A DNA stretch of 64,000 nt from Octopus sinensis (taxonomy: Eukaryota): contig NC_043007.1 in NCBI RefSeq assembly GCF_006345805.1, positions 36,704,001-36,768,000 of the forward strand, in the 5' to 3' direction. Both the position numbers and the translations under genes were made by a program. Below are positions 11,726 through 24,561 of this stretch, one piece after another. Below the pieces are notes generated by a model. It searched no databases, was not told where the DNA came from, and saw only the letters and a list, made by a program, of their open reading frames with translations. Numbering within the stretch: the first letter of the stretch is position 1; every line of letters begins with the position of its first letter.

Positions 11726-12017
11726 GACATGTTTAAATAGCTCGTTCATGTGAGTTAGGGGAGTTTTGCTTCTCTCCCCTTGTTTCTACTATCAATCCTT
11801 TTTTTACAATAGTCACAAGACCTGAAATTTGGGGGAGGATCTAGTTGATAACATCGACCCCAATACTCAACCGGTACTTATTTTATCAACCTTGAAAGGA
11901 TAAAAGGCAAAGTTGACTTTGGCAGGATTTGAACTCAGTAGGTAAAGATGGATGAAATGCTGCTAAGCATTTTACCTAGTGGGCTAATGATTCTGCCAGA
12001 ATGCCATCTGTAAAAGG

Positions 12018-12320
12018 TGGAGGCATATGGCCTAGTGGTTAGAGCAGCGGACTCGCGGTCGAGGGATGGTGGGTTTGAATCTCAGACTGGGCGATGTGTG
12101 TGTTTATGAGCAAAACACCTAAACTCCATGCTGCTCTGGCAGAAGGTAATGGTGAACTTCTGCTGACTCTTTCGCCACAACTTTCTCTCACTCTTTCCTC
12201 CTACATTTTACAGCTCACCTGTGACGGACTGGCGTGCCATCCAGGTGGGGAACCTATATACCAAGGAAACTGGGAAACCAGCCCTTATGAGCTAGGCATG
12301 GCTCGAGAAGGAACAAACAA
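12018..12320 (+). mobile_element. tRNA-derived SINE (family D) with a V-SINE-like central domain
   Basis: A-box TGGCCTAGTGG, B-box GGGTTTGAATC, and cctgtgacggactggcg..ccaggtgggg. Other copies at 41855-42165 (-) and 52385-52670 (+). Confidence 0.7.
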
Positions 12321-12563
12321 TATATATCTGTAAAAGCACGTAGCAGTGGCAGTACTAAGTGCTCCTAACTTCTTTACTCACACACACACACCCATAGACA
12401 CACATACACACATGCATGTACAAGACCAGTGCAGTGGTATGCAACACTTTAAACTAGTCTTTCTCCCAGTTACGACTGTTTGCAGAATACAAAGAGCAGA
12501 TTTGCTTACAATATATAATTTACAGTATTGTATCAATATGCAGCTGGTGATGTTACATTAATA

Positions 12564-12761
12564 AATGAGGGGGTGCTGAAAAGTTCCTGGCTTTGGGTAA
12601 AAGAAAATACAGGAGGATCAGTTAATTATGATTTTACCCAACATATTCTTCTCTCATATTCACATTTATTGCAGTGGTCCTTCAGTTTTTCTAAGCCATG
12701 TAAAAGAACTCAGAAGGTTGGGCCACCCTTAAATCCAGGAACTTTACAGCAACCCCTTGTA
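12564..12761. mobile_element. Mariner-derived MITE
   Basis: TIRs gagggggtgctgaaaagttcctgg and ccaggaactttacagcaaccccttgta. A second copy is at 31135-31355. Confidence 0.8.
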
Positions 12762-12789
12762 GTAGTGAAACCAACACACTGTCTTGGTA

Positions 12790-13200
12790 CAAGCCATTCT
12801 GACTTTGCTTGCTGTTCAAGACAACAAAGAACACTTACAATGAGGTCTATAATTGCCAGGTCTTTTGTCAGCTCTACGGAAAGAAGGAATGGTTCACAGC
12901 CTCATATACTGCACACAAATCAACAAAAACAGCTTTTTTTTTCAGTCCTTTCTGAAATCTGTCTTCAATAAGCTGGTGGAGCTTCTATAGTTTGCTTGTT
13001 GTAAGACTGCTGTAAGTTACCAGATTGGAATCTGGGTTGTTGAGGAATGATGGCCAGTTCAATAGAAGGAGCAAGCCTGTTAAGGAACAGACACTCAAAC
13101 AGTTTATATGGGTGGCAAAGCAGAATGTTCATTGCATATGCTGGATGTGTAATGTCAGTGTGCATACATGACAGAGTGTAAGCACTCTGAAAGAGAAGTT
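12790..13200 (-). mobile_element. Decayed RTE-type reverse transcriptase fragment
   Basis: Minus strand reads AVFVDLCAVYEAVNH, a decayed form of the non-LTR RT motif FVDLxxAYDxVNH. Confidence 0.5.
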
Positions 13201-13454
13201 GGACAAAGTAAAACTCACAGTTCATCTTCAGGGGAGCAACAATCATGTTTTTCTTCTAGATCCTTGAGATGTTCTTTGTCAGCATGCACTAGTTCATCAG
13301 CTCAAGGATCTACTGCCACATCATAAGTCTAGCTTGATCTCTTCCTTGAAGATATGATGCAGTCTGATGGGTTCAGTGAAAGACCCTTGACTGCACTAGA
13401 ACAAGAAAGGGACGACAAAAGGTGATTTGATTTGATGTGATTACAAGAATGGTC

Positions 13455-13493
13455 ATCAGAAGGCTGCGTGTTCGAATCACGTCGGGGTCACCA
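13455..13493 (+). other. 39-nt exact-looking copy of the tRNA-Trp 3' end including CCA (extended primer-binding site on the minus strand)
   Basis: atcagaaggctgcgtgttcgaatcacgtcggggtca-cca corresponds to metazoan tRNA-Trp(CCA) positions 38-76 as I recall that sequence. It lies 2 nt from the LTR end. Confidence 0.8.
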
Positions 13494-13495
13494 AT

Positions 13496-14034
13496 TGTAA
13501 CAAGATGAGAGTTTCAGGAACACTTGAGGGGTGTCTGGTTTTATCTTGTCACATGCAAGTCGAAGAAAAGGTACCAAAATCCGGCTGTCTTCAATAACAA
13601 TAAATAACACTTTATTCTTCGGGTTCACAAGTAAAATATATACATATATATTTCTTAAGGGCGAACCGGCAGCCAAGTCCATAGGACTGTAAACAAATGT
13701 TCACTCGGGTGAGCCAAGAAGATACGGTCTCCATTCTCGCTTCAAAGAGAGCTTCTCTATGCATAGGGTTTTCTCTGAGAGAAGTTTTAGCCACGACCAC
13801 TCGTTAGGGCTGCTCTTCCAAAAGGGCCGATTTAGCGGGTACGCTTTCAGGTTGCAGTTCCTGCACATATGCATGAGGGAACTTCCGATGCCCACCGGAA
13901 GTAATCCAACTCTGTGCATACGTGCTGAAACTTCCACGATAGCATCACTACAAGTCCATCCACCTGTGAATGCAAAGATGCAGACCATACTATGAAGCAA
14001 TGCAATTTCTACCCTCTACTACCTAACTTGTACA
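13496..14034 (-). mobile_element. LTR (539 bp) of an LTR retrotransposon, with no internal domain attached
   Basis: Minus strand runs TGTACAAG...CTTGTTACA (TG..CA with short inverted termini). A TATA-like tract precedes AATAAA (~13611-13616), and the tRNA-Trp PBS TGGTGACCCCGACGTGAT follows directly. No TSD found. Confidence 0.7.
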
Positions 14035-14214
14035 GCTCAAAAGATCTTACAGAGTTCAATGAAAAGGTAAAGAACTGTGTGAAGAAATGGGAAACTGTCA
14101 TATAACCATTACACTTAAAAGAATAAAAAAAAAGTTGCTGGTGATAATTCAGTCTTCTGCCATTGCTAAAACATTGTTCAAGCAACTAGAACAATTTTTC
14201 ATCAACAGATTTGG

Positions 14215-14555
14215 ATTTTGCTTTTTTTATTCTTTTTCTTGTTTCGGTTATTTGACTGCAGCCATGCTGGAACCTCCTTAAAGGGCTTTAGTCGAAGAAA
14301 TCGATCAAAGATTTATTCTTTGTAAACCTAGTACTTATTCTAACAACCTCTTTTGCCGAACAGCTAAGTTACAGGGACATAAAGACACCAGTATCGGTTG
14401 TCAAGTGATGGCAGGGAACAAACACAGACACACACACATACATACACACACATATACGACATACTGCTTCCAAATCCAAAGGTGCTGCACAGTGGGACTA
14501 AACCTAGAACCATGTGGTTGGGAAGCAAGCTTCTCACCACACAGCTACACGTGTC
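14215..14555 (-). mobile_element. SINE family B
   Basis: Reverse complement of the family B consensus. Confidence 0.75.
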
Positions 14556-14871
14556 TAAAATATATTTCTTACATATGTTTCATTTGTTCTTTTTTCTGGT
14601 ACCTCCTGACTTTAGCACCCTAAACTGTTGGCTTTGTTTGCCTAACGCACAGTACTGGCCTGGCATACACACACATACATACTTTCCCACGTATTTTCTC
14701 ATAAACTTTGAAGAAGTATAACGAAAAAAAATCACTTTCAATAGTGAGAATTTTGAACTAAAGTAATTCGTCTTTCTCCTCAAAATATACATCCTTCCTA
14801 CCTAAGCAGTAAGTAGAGCACTATTGCATCACCCATTTGATCTATTGTACTCTTTGCGTTTCTTTGTTGCA

Positions 14872-14932
14872 GTGGCTGCAAATGCCAACAAAAGGTTGGT
14901 TGGCTAATAGGATACCTTCACCACTCCATTTA
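14872..14932 (+). CDS. Candidate plus-strand exon WLQMPTKGWLANRIPSPLHL(G)
   Basis: Strong polypyrimidine tract with ttgcag acceptor and a GTGAGT donor; one open frame. No homology recognised. Confidence 0.3.
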
Positions 14933-14984
14933 GGTGAGTCATACACAAAGCCAACCAATAAGGAAGTAACTACCGGACCTATAC

Positions 14985-15035
14985 CTGATCAATGGCATCC
15001 AGTTGTACTGAACATGTGATCACAAAATCTTTTAC
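14985..15035 (-). CDS. Candidate minus-strand exon (phase 0 to 0): VKDFVITCSVQLDAIDQ
   Basis: tttcacag acceptor and CAG|GTATAG donor; phase-compatible with the 27625-27704 exon. Confidence 0.3.
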
Positions 15036-15977
15036 CTGTGAAATATTTGATAAACTATGAAATATTAATGAAAATCATCATCATTGTTCTAAGCTGACAT
15101 GGATTGGCTGGTTCAACAGGATCCAACAATCCGTTGTACTACATCAAGCTTCAGTGTCAACTTTGGCATGATTTCTATACTTGGACACCATTCCTAATGT
15201 TAATCACTTTACAGATTGTATTGAGTGCTTTTTTGGGGTCACCAGGTAACTTGCAAGACAAGATCCCTTGACAGAACAATGGTACAGTATTGAAGGAAAT
15301 GGCTTTGTATCAAGTGTTTATAGGGACAGGAAGATTCATGGCTGCCCCAGTTGGAAAGAGAGAATGGATGGTGGAGAAGCAGTGACTAAGCACACCCTCA
15401 AGGTACCAGAAGGTAAGTGAAAGAGATTCATGGTTTCTCTAGCAGGAAAGAGAGAAAGGATGGTGAAGAAAAAGTGACAGAACATACTCTGAAGGTACTA
15501 GAAGGTGGACATAGTGCGGATAGGAACTGAGGATCAGGGATAACTGGGTGTGTAGGTTCACGAGTGTGTGAAATGAGTGACAGATGGTAGAAATGAGGAT
15601 AGAAGAGAATGCTGTGAAAGGAGAACATGGACGGAGATGTGGATAATGGTGAATCTCAGTTTGGGAATGTGTAAAAAGGTAGTGGAGAGCAACAGTATGG
15701 TGAAACCCAGATAGATGAGAAATAGCGAGATGATGTCAGGTGTAGGGGAAAGAGAAGATGCAGTGATAGAGATGGAGATTAAGATAGACAAAAACCAAGT
15801 AGATTCCCAATGTAGGTTATGCAAATCAAAAGAGGAAAAGTGTTACTAATATAGTAAGTGAATGTAGCATGCTGGCACCAAAGGAATACAAGAAAAGACA
15901 TGACAACCTAGGGAGAGTAATCCACTGAGTTATGTAGAAAGCTAGGATTTGAACATACTAATAAATGGTATGAATAA

Positions 15978-16212
15978 GGTGGCGAGCTGGCAGAAATGTT
16001 AGCACGCCGAGCAAAATTCTTAGCGGTATTTCGTCTGCCGCTGCGTTCTGAGTTCAAATTCCACCGAGGTCGACTTTGCCTTTCATCCTTTCGGGGTCGA
16101 TTAAATAAGTACCAGTTACACACTGGGGTCGATATAATCGACTTAATCCCTTTGTCTGTCCTTGTTTGTCCTCTCTGTGTTTAACCCCTTGTGGGTAGTA
16201 AAGAAATAGGTA
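15978..16212 (+). mobile_element. SINE family A monomer
   Basis: ggcgagctggcagaaatgttagc...gagttcaaattcc...gcctttcatcctttcggggtcga...gtgggtagtaaagaaatagg. Another copy is at ~56005-56225. Confidence 0.85.
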
Positions 16213-16235
16213 TGAATATGAACCTAGTAAAGTAG

Positions 16236-16695
16236 TAGAAGGTATGAAATACAAGATGTTGTGGGGCTTTAACATTCAGACTAATAGAGTAATAGGAGCT
16301 AGAGGGCCTGATTTAGTAGTTGTATATAAAGAGAATAGAAAGTGTCAGGTAATTGACTTTACAACACCAAATGATGAAAAAATCAATATGAGATATATAG
16401 AAAAAATAGCAAAGGACCACAACCTAGAAATTGATTTACTCTGAGACTATGGAAAGTGTGGATAAAATGTATCCCAGTAGTTATAGGTGCATTAGGGACT
16501 ATCCCTAAAGATCTGAACAGATGGATAGGGGAAATAGGCATAAAACCCAGTTTAGTATAATTCCAGAAAACAGTGTTATTAGGGACAGCTAGGATGCTTA
16601 GGAGGGTTTGTGGTATCTACTGTTACTTGTTGTTGTCCGATGTTAGGATTTTTTCTTTTTCAACAGTCAATTTGTTGTGAGTGTATAATAATAAT
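16236..16695 (+). mobile_element. R4/Dong-type RLE remnant with a TAA tail
   Basis: LWGFNIQTNRVIGARGPDLVVV...IDF...IPVVIGALGTIPK...KTVLLGTARMLRR. Confidence 0.8.
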
Positions 16696-19199
16696 TATAA
16701 ATCCTTTCTTGTTTTAAAACTAGGCCACCAAAATATTAGGTGTGGGGAAGTTGATTACATCGACCTCAGTACTTAATAGATACTTGTTTCATTGATAATG
16801 AAAAGACAAATGACAAAGTCAGCCTCAGTGGAATTTGAACTCAAAACATGAAGCCAGAAGAAATGCTGCTAAGCATTTTGTCCAATGCAGTAACAATTCT
16901 GCCAGCTCACTGCTCTTATAATAATAATCATGCATGTGTTTGTGTGCAAAAGAATAACATTAATGTTTATAAACAGGGTGTTTAGCACTCCTAGTTTCAC
17001 ATCCTACAGTCTGCAACATTATTTCTTATTAGGAAAATATGCTTATTATTTGCTTTGTCAATTTATAATGTTAATTATTCGTTTCTAAAAACAATACAAA
17101 CCAAAAGCAATTTGTGCAAATGAGAATCCCAATCCTTATTTGAAATAAATGCCTTCATAGAATATATGTATAATTCTGCAAATAGCTATAGAATGCTGAA
17201 GTCAATGATGGATTAACGAAATAACAGTTGTCATCTTGCCATCATAATCATAATGATGATAAGATGACAGCTGTTATTTCATTACTGCATTTCTCTTGAA
17301 ATACTCTGCCTTCATTTCAATTATTTTTTAAAAATAATTTTGTCATTATTAAACAGGTGAAAGACTCATAGACTAACAGGAAATTTTGATGGAAGGTTTA
17401 ACTTTTTAGCTTCCAGATTACTTTGTCAATGATGTAGTGAGTTCGAATCCCAGACTGGGCTGTGTGTTGTGTTCTTCAGCAAGACACTTTATTTCATGTT
17501 GTGCCAGTTCACTCATCTGTAGAAATGAGTTGCAGCATCACTGGTGCCAAGCTGTATTGGCCTTTGCCTTTTTCTAGGTGCAATTGAAGGGTGGAGCACA
17601 CAGGTCAGGGGTTAGCGGATAGCAATGATACAGTGAGACAGGGCCAAGAGGACAGGATTGGGGAGCAGGAGGTAAGCATAGTACATAAAGTGGAAATGTG
17701 AGGAAGAGAAGAGATGTAGAGATGTAGTTTGGTTTGTTGTGGTGTGTGAGAAGTTTTCTTGTTAAGCACTTCAAGAACTCAGTTTTACTGACGTGGGCAG
17801 ATCTTCTCAAGAATTTCATATCGCCAGACATCTCAGTCCATTATCAGGGTTGATAAAATAGATACCAGTCAAGTACTGGGGTCAATGTAATTAAGTTTCC
17901 CTTTCTCTTAAAATTGCTGGTCTTGTGCAAAATCAGAAACAATCATCATCATCATCATCATCATCACTATAACTATCATGGTTATACACTCTTTTGAAGT
18001 TGTTTGGCTCATGTGTGTAGTGAATGTGTAATGATCAAAAGTTTTCCTGCCATGACCATCCCATCAATTTGTTCTTCAAGCATAGTTTATTTAGAACTAC
18101 TTTGTCAAATATGTTCACATTTTATTTAATATGCAAGAATATGTAATCTAAGGAAGAACTAGTTGCTGCTGTTATTAGCAGGTTAGGTAACCTTATCAAG
18201 TTCCCTTGTTGACGTAGGTTGAAATGATCTGCTGCACAGAACACTGCCATTCAATATGATCTTTTGTTATCATGTCCATGAAGTATGTCATCTTGAGACT
18301 TGACCTCACTACAGCTTCCTATATCTCCCTTAATTGCTATCTGCTCTAGATACCGCCTCCAACAACCAGTATACAGAACTTTTATTTTTAGACTTGCTCT
18401 CCTTATCCATTGTACATGTTTTTATTAGCACAATTATCTCTCATGCATAATCAGCTGATATCTGCAATGCCAACGCATTCTTCTGCCTCACCAGTACTCT
18501 ACATTTTCATAAAAACAGATGAAATTCCACCAAGCATTTTGCTGGGTTTGCTACTGATTCTACTAGCTCACTGTTGACACTTCATGTAAATATTAGTTTC
18601 ATATTTTGGTACAAGGCCAGAAATTTTGGGGGAGGGGATAAGTCAATTGAATGAACTCCAGTGTTCATTTAATTGACCCCAAAAGGATCAAAGGTAAAGT
18701 CGACCACAGCAGCATTTGAACCCAGGACATAAAGATGGACAAAATGCCACTAAGCATTTTGCCTTATTTTTCTTAAATGCAAAATTGACCTCGGTGGAAT
18801 TTAAACTTAGAATGTAAAGAGAGATGAAATGCTGCTAAACATTTTGCCTGGCATTCTAACGATTCTTCCAGCTTGCCACTAAAGTTGACTTTGGCAGAAT
18901 TAGAACTCAGAATGTAAAGACGGACAAAATATTGCCAATCACTTTGCTTGGCATGCCAACAATTCTGCCAGCTTACCACCTACATTTCATGTAAATATTA
19001 ACACACATGGTTCCAGGTTCAGTCCCACAGCATGACACCTTGGGCAAGTGTCTTCTACTATAGCCTTGGGCCGACCAAAGCCTTGCGAGTGGATTTGGTA
19101 GACGGAAACTGAAAGAATCCCGTTGTATATATATAAGAGATAAGTACAGACAAAATACCAAAAGAAGATAATTCACTCGTCAGTTGTTTATGCCTTTAA

Positions 19200-19860
19200 C
19201 AAGATAGGAAAACTTCATAAGACAGCAGCATCCAGAAATTTTTAAAGTATAAAAATTTGTGGAGAGTTGGGGCTTTGAATGAACAAACAACAACAGAGTG
19301 GGCATACAAAGTAAACAATTGACGAAGACAAACATTAAGGGCCATTAAGCCAAGACAAATTGTAATGAGTAATGCCTGGGAGAAATTCTTAAAGGAAATA
19401 GAATAAATAGAAGAGAAAAAATGTCGGGAGGTGAGAGAAATGACATCCAGCATGATGGACATCTTGTCCAGAAAAGACAGGGGCAAGAGAAATGGCCAGT
19501 AGTTACGTGTGAGCAACAGGCAGAGGGGAAGGGGGACAAGAGAGAGGATGAGGAAAAGAAACAAGGAGAGTGAGGAGAAGGGAGGAGGGATCAAAACAGT
19601 TTGATTCAAATTCGTTGTACTCTTGAGTTTCCAGTGAGATGCTAGTCATCAGTCATTTTGAATTTGAATGACAGAAGTTGATTGTTATTACCGTAAGGTG
19701 GGCTGCGATTAGTTGAGGAAGGTCATGTGGTGTCATGGTTTGATATTGGTATATGGGTAATAGTTAGCTGGAAAATACTGCATGGCAAACAGGAAATTGA
19801 CTACGTGGAGGACAGGAAATAGACTAGAAGTTGGTCAGGTTGTTGGGGGGGGGGGTTGTA
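19200..19860 (-). mobile_element. Probable decayed Penelope-like 3' region
   Basis: Only a weak WKLK..NLN-like end followed by a pyrimidine-rich tail; very degenerate. Confidence 0.3.
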
Positions 19861-19879
19861 GGAAGAGGTGGCATGTGCA

Positions 19880-20225
19880 AGTATATAGGGGGTGTAGACG
19901 CATTCATATAGATTTGCATGCATGTGTATATTGATGTGAGTGTGCACATCTGTACATGGATGTGCCCACACACATATATACATGCTTGGATGAACACACA
20001 TGCACAGATATTCACAAGCATATGCACACACATACACACAAAGCATATGCATTCATGTACATATGTATATTTGCATGCATGTACACATGTGTGAATGCAC
20101 GTGTACATGTGTGTGTGTGCATACATACTGGTATGCATGCGTACATGCATGTGAATATACATATTTACATATGAATGAATACGCATGTTTGTGCATGCAT
20201 GCATATGTATATATGATGATGATGA
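19880..20225. repeat. Degenerate purine-pyrimidine (CATA/CATG/TG) microsatellite
   Basis: Directly visible; source of several spurious ORFs. Confidence 0.85.
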
Positions 20226-22231
20226 CTTCCACATGTAAACAAATGGTTTCTGCGCAGTTACTGTCAACTAAATTGAAGTAGTTAACCGGAAACGATAGAA
20301 TGTCCAAGATACCAGCAGTGGAATTCAAAGAACCACATGGCTGCAAAGCAAACTTCTAAGCTCTGCCAGTGCTATTCCAAAGTTAAATGATTTCACACCC
20401 ACTCCTTAGCAATAACCTCAATTAAGCTATTCTTAATTGAGATAGCAATCGTACGACGAAAGTCATAAATTACTGTTTAGACAAAAATACATCCCTGTAC
20501 TACAGTAATAAGAATATTTATTCTAAAACCAATGATAATTAGTCATTATAAATTAAAAGATTCCATTGAAAAATATATAGCTGTACTCAATTTTGCTTCA
20601 TCTCACATGTGAATTAGTTTGCTATCCTTCCATTCTGGGTCCAAAAATTATAATTAGCAGTAGTGATTAGTGGAATCAAATCTGTTCACAACAACCATCA
20701 CCGAATTTGTGGTACTATGTCAAAAGTGGACAATGTTACATATTCACCAAGTCTATTTTTCACACTTCCTTGCACAGGTGTGGCTGTGTGGTATGACATT
20801 TGCTTCCCAACCACCTGGTTTCAGGTTCAGTTCCACTGTGTGGCACTTTCGACAAGTTTTTTTTTTTCTACAATAGGTCTGGGCCGATCAAAGCCATGTG
20901 AGCAGATTTTTGTGGGCAGAAACTAAAAGAAGACTAATTCGTATATATATATATATATGCATATATGTGTATATATATATATATGTATATATATGTATGT
21001 ATGTATATATATATATATATGTACGTATGCATGTGTGTGCGAGTGTATATGTGTATGTGTGTGTGTGTTTTTGTACCCTTGCCTTGATAGTTGTAAGCGA
21101 ATGTCCACCATCATGCAAGCAGTGTCCTTTGTTTTGAATCTTGTGTGAAAACATGTCTGGTTACTGGGAAATATTACCTTGCTTGAAAATGCGCAAGGAT
21201 TGGTGACAGGAAGAGCATCCAACTATAGAAAATCTGCTCCAATAAATTCTGTTCAACTCATATGAGCATGGAAAAGTAGACATTAGAATGATGATGATGA
21301 TGATGATCACTTGGGCATGAATAAAATAAGCACCCCACATGCCTAATGGTTATTTCATTCACTACAACTCCTTTCTTGCAAATTAGGGGATTCATGTTCT
21401 TTGACTAATTGTCAGGTTTCTTTTGCAAATGCTTTATCTTACTGGTTTCAATCATTGGACTGTGACCAGAATGGGGCATCACAACTTTCAGGGTTTTAGT
21501 TGAACAAATTGACACTACTCCTTATATTTTTTTAAAGTCTGTTACTTATTCTATTAATCCTTTTTGCAGAACTGCTAAGTTACAGTGACATAAACAAACC
21601 AACACCAGTTGTCAAGTGATGGGGAACAGGCACAAATACATAAATGTACAAACACACATATATACATAAAACAAGCTTCTTTCAGTTCCTGTCTACCAAA
21701 TCCACCCACAAGGCTTTGATCAGTTTGGGTATATAGCAGAAGACACTTGCTCAAGGTTCCACACATTCTTTTGGGGGTTGAGAATTAATTCTACAAATGT
21801 TAATACTGCATCTTACACTTTCAAGATCAATAAATAAAATCACAAATCCTGTGCAGGACTTGATTCTCTCTCCATTTCTCCCTGGGTTCCACAAGGTTTC
21901 GCTGGAAAAGGCACACTGTAGATCATGATTCTATCAGAATTTGAGAGCCTAAGGCAAAGTAAGGAAATGCTGTGCCTAATGTAAGGACCAGAAATGTAGT
22001 GGAATTACAGGCAGACTAACAGAGAAGGTAAGCTTCATATGAGACAAATGCACTGGAGTAAAATGTACTAAGAGGGCACAGCAAATAGGATTCTCTTAAA
22101 TGCCCAGATGACTCACTAGAAATAGTTGATAGCTTCTGATTGGTCACAATAGAAATGGACATCTGTTTGTTGTCTACACCAGCTCTCTTTGTCTTTTATT
22201 TTTTGTGAACTCTCTTCCTATATATATATAT

Positions 22232-22277
<46 letters not shown>

Positions 22278-22709
22278 GCACACAAATACATCATTGAATA
22301 ACAAGGAAAGGAATTACACATTACATAACCAACTTCATTAACTTACAACTGTTTCAGCAGTGCACTCAGAGCTGAGTGCTTGTGCAACATTTTACTGCTT
22401 CCTTGGAGCCATTAAAATGAAGTGTTTGTTTATTTGGGAAAGCACTGATGTACATTTAAATACAGGTACATTCCATATGAATGGCCATGGGAAAGCTATG
22501 ACATGTTGCACAAGCACTTACCTCTGATAGCATTGCTTTTTATAGCAGAAACAGCTGTCAGCTAATGTAGTTGATTGCACATTTCTTGTTCCCTTGTCAT
22601 TCAATAATTCTGTACTTGTCTAATGCTTATTTTAAAGCGTATATATATTGAGTTCTATAACAACTGGTTATTAGTATCGCTATTTCTAAGTGGAAACATT
22701 GTGTGTGTA

Positions 22710-22740
<31 letters not shown>

Positions 22741-22741
22741 T

Positions 22742-22873
22742 ATTTAGCAGAAGCAACAAAATGACCCAAGGGATGAGTTTTGTGCGTTGGCTCTTATCAA
22801 ATTCTCAATAAGTGCACTTACCAAACTCTTGATAAGTGCCAACCCTTGAGCCAATCTGTTGCTTCTGCTAAAT
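22742..22873. mobile_element. Small fold-back MITE
   Basis: 17-bp perfect TIR atttagcagaagcaaca / tgttgcttctgctaaat, with inner inverted blocks caaggg/cccttg and ttatcaa/ttgataa. Confidence 0.75.
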
Positions 22874-22934
22874 ATTCATAAAAATATACATATACTCAAA
22901 TATTGAGTTTTACTTTTCCTGTTTGCATTATAAT

Positions 22935-23500
22935 GGAAGTCTGTCGGGGTTCGACAATGATGTCAGTGACGCCGGAGGTGGACCCAAAGGCGGACGCGCA
23001 GACGCGGCCACATGTTGGGCATGTAACAGCAGAAGTAGGGTTGGGGATCCTCTCTTTTCAGGCTTGTTGTTTCTGGTCCAGACTCTTGAAGCACTTTTCC
23101 TTGAACAGCCTAACACCCTTTTAGACAGCTAGACACCAGGCGTCGCGGTCAGAGGCAAGTGATTCCCAGCCACGGGCTGAAATGCTGCAGGTTTCAAGGG
23201 AAGTCTTCAGGCTGTCCTCAGTGGCCTTCCAGGGTTTCTTGCTCCAGAAGCCAGCACAGAGAAGATCATCTTTGGTAGATGTGCGTCGTCCATTCAGACT
23301 ACATGTCCGACCCACCAGAGCTGGGCCTTCATGATGATGGCTTGGATCCTGGGCATTTCGGCTCTGCGAAGCACCTGTGTTGGAGACTCTGTCCTCCCAG
23401 GAAATTCCCATGATTCATCGCAAGCAGCAGAGGTGGAACTGGTCAAGTACTTGCATTTGCCTCCTATACAGCATCCACGTCCCATAGCCTGTTTGCATTA
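22935..23500 (-). mobile_element. RTE-BovB-like LINE 3' fragment
   Basis: GISWEDRVSN, QAIIMKAQLWWVGHVVRMDD and WESLASDRDAW, frameshifted. Confidence 0.85.
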
Positions 23501-23529
23501 CCATACCTGTATATATACATACATACATA

Positions 23530-24330
23530 TATTGATAGTATGCTCTGCTGGATGTGTAATGTCAGTGAACGTACACAACAGAGTGTAAGCATCCTGAGAG
23601 AAAAGTTGGATGTAAGAACTATCAGATATGGTATGCAAGAGAGATAACTGTGCTGGTATGGTCATGTGTTGTGTATGAATGAGGACAGCTGTGTGAAGAA
23701 GTGTCACACCAAAACAGTGGAGGGAACCTGTGGAGGAGGTAAACCCAGGAAGACCTGGGATGAGGTGGTGAAGCATGACCTTTGAATGTTGGGCTTCATG
23801 GTGGTAATGACAAGTGACCAAGATCTTTGGAGATATGCTGTGCTTGAGAAAACCCGGCAAGCCAAGCGAAATCATAGCTGCGGCTGATGCCAGTGTCACA
23901 TAACTGGCCCGTTTAAAAGTACTCTTTAATCATCGGGCAATATGCTGTGCTTGAGAAAACCTGTTGAGTCAAATGAAATTGTTGCTGTGGCTGATGCTAG
24001 TGTCACCTGAATGGCACCCATTCTGGTGGCACATAAAAAGCACCATTCGAGCATGTCTGATGCCAGTGCCAGTGGCATATGAAAAGCACTATTTGAGTGT
24101 GGTCGATACCATTGCTGCCTGGCTGGACCCTGTGCCGGTGGCACGTAAAAAGCACCCACTACACTCTCATAGTGGTTGGCATTAGGAAGGGCATCCAACT
24201 GTAGAAACCTTACCAGATCAGACTGGAGCCTGGTGCAGCCTCCTGGCTTGCCAGTCCTCAGTCAAACCATACAACCCATGCCAGCATGGCAAGTGGACAT
24301 TAAACGATGATGATGATGATGATGATGAAA
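23530..24330 (+). mobile_element. RTE LINE 3' end plus family C tail
   Basis: LCWYGHVL.MNEDSCVKKC...GGGKPRKTWDEVVKHDL, then the tail and (GAT)n. Confidence 0.8.
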
Positions 24331-24561
24331 TAATAATAATTAATTATAATGAAGTAGCATTAGCATTACCTTTAATTCGCATTTACATATAAATACAGCT
24401 TCAAATAGACTGACATATGTTTCAATTGCATCAGTTAGTAAGCATTTCAATTTCTTCAGGGTCTTCACTGTAATATCCTTTGACTGTTTAAAGTTTTATG
24501 CTGATTTTCTTTGTGTTCAATGAAGTGGAGTTGTACGTTAATTCACTCCATAATTGTCCAC

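Noticed and set aside
12018-12095. tRNA-like sequences here and at 24562, 28305, 42095-42165 and 52385
   Set aside because: They are SINE heads that run into SINE bodies and lack a complete acceptor stem, so they are not tRNA genes.
14851-15035. Minus-strand frame GKRFCDHMFSTTGCH*SGIGPVV...CSHC with one in-frame TGA, suggesting a selenoprotein
   Set aside because: No homology or redox motif recognised, no SECIS seen, and two other exon readings compete here. One TGA in ~60 codons is expected by chance.
17218-17280. 20-bp-arm hairpin, plus a 10-bp hairpin near 20417-20441
   Set aside because: Short, AT-rich and likely MITE debris or chance; no context suggests function.
20260-20341. Possible minus-strand phase 0-to-1 exon PCGSLNSTAGILDILSFPVNYFNLVD
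   Set aside because: Weak donor (GTAACT) and no independent support, so left out of the gene model.
22522-22619. Minus-strand segment ending in a perfect GTAAGT donor
   Set aside because: No polypyrimidine tract at the acceptor, two frames closed, and the phase does not fit the other candidates.
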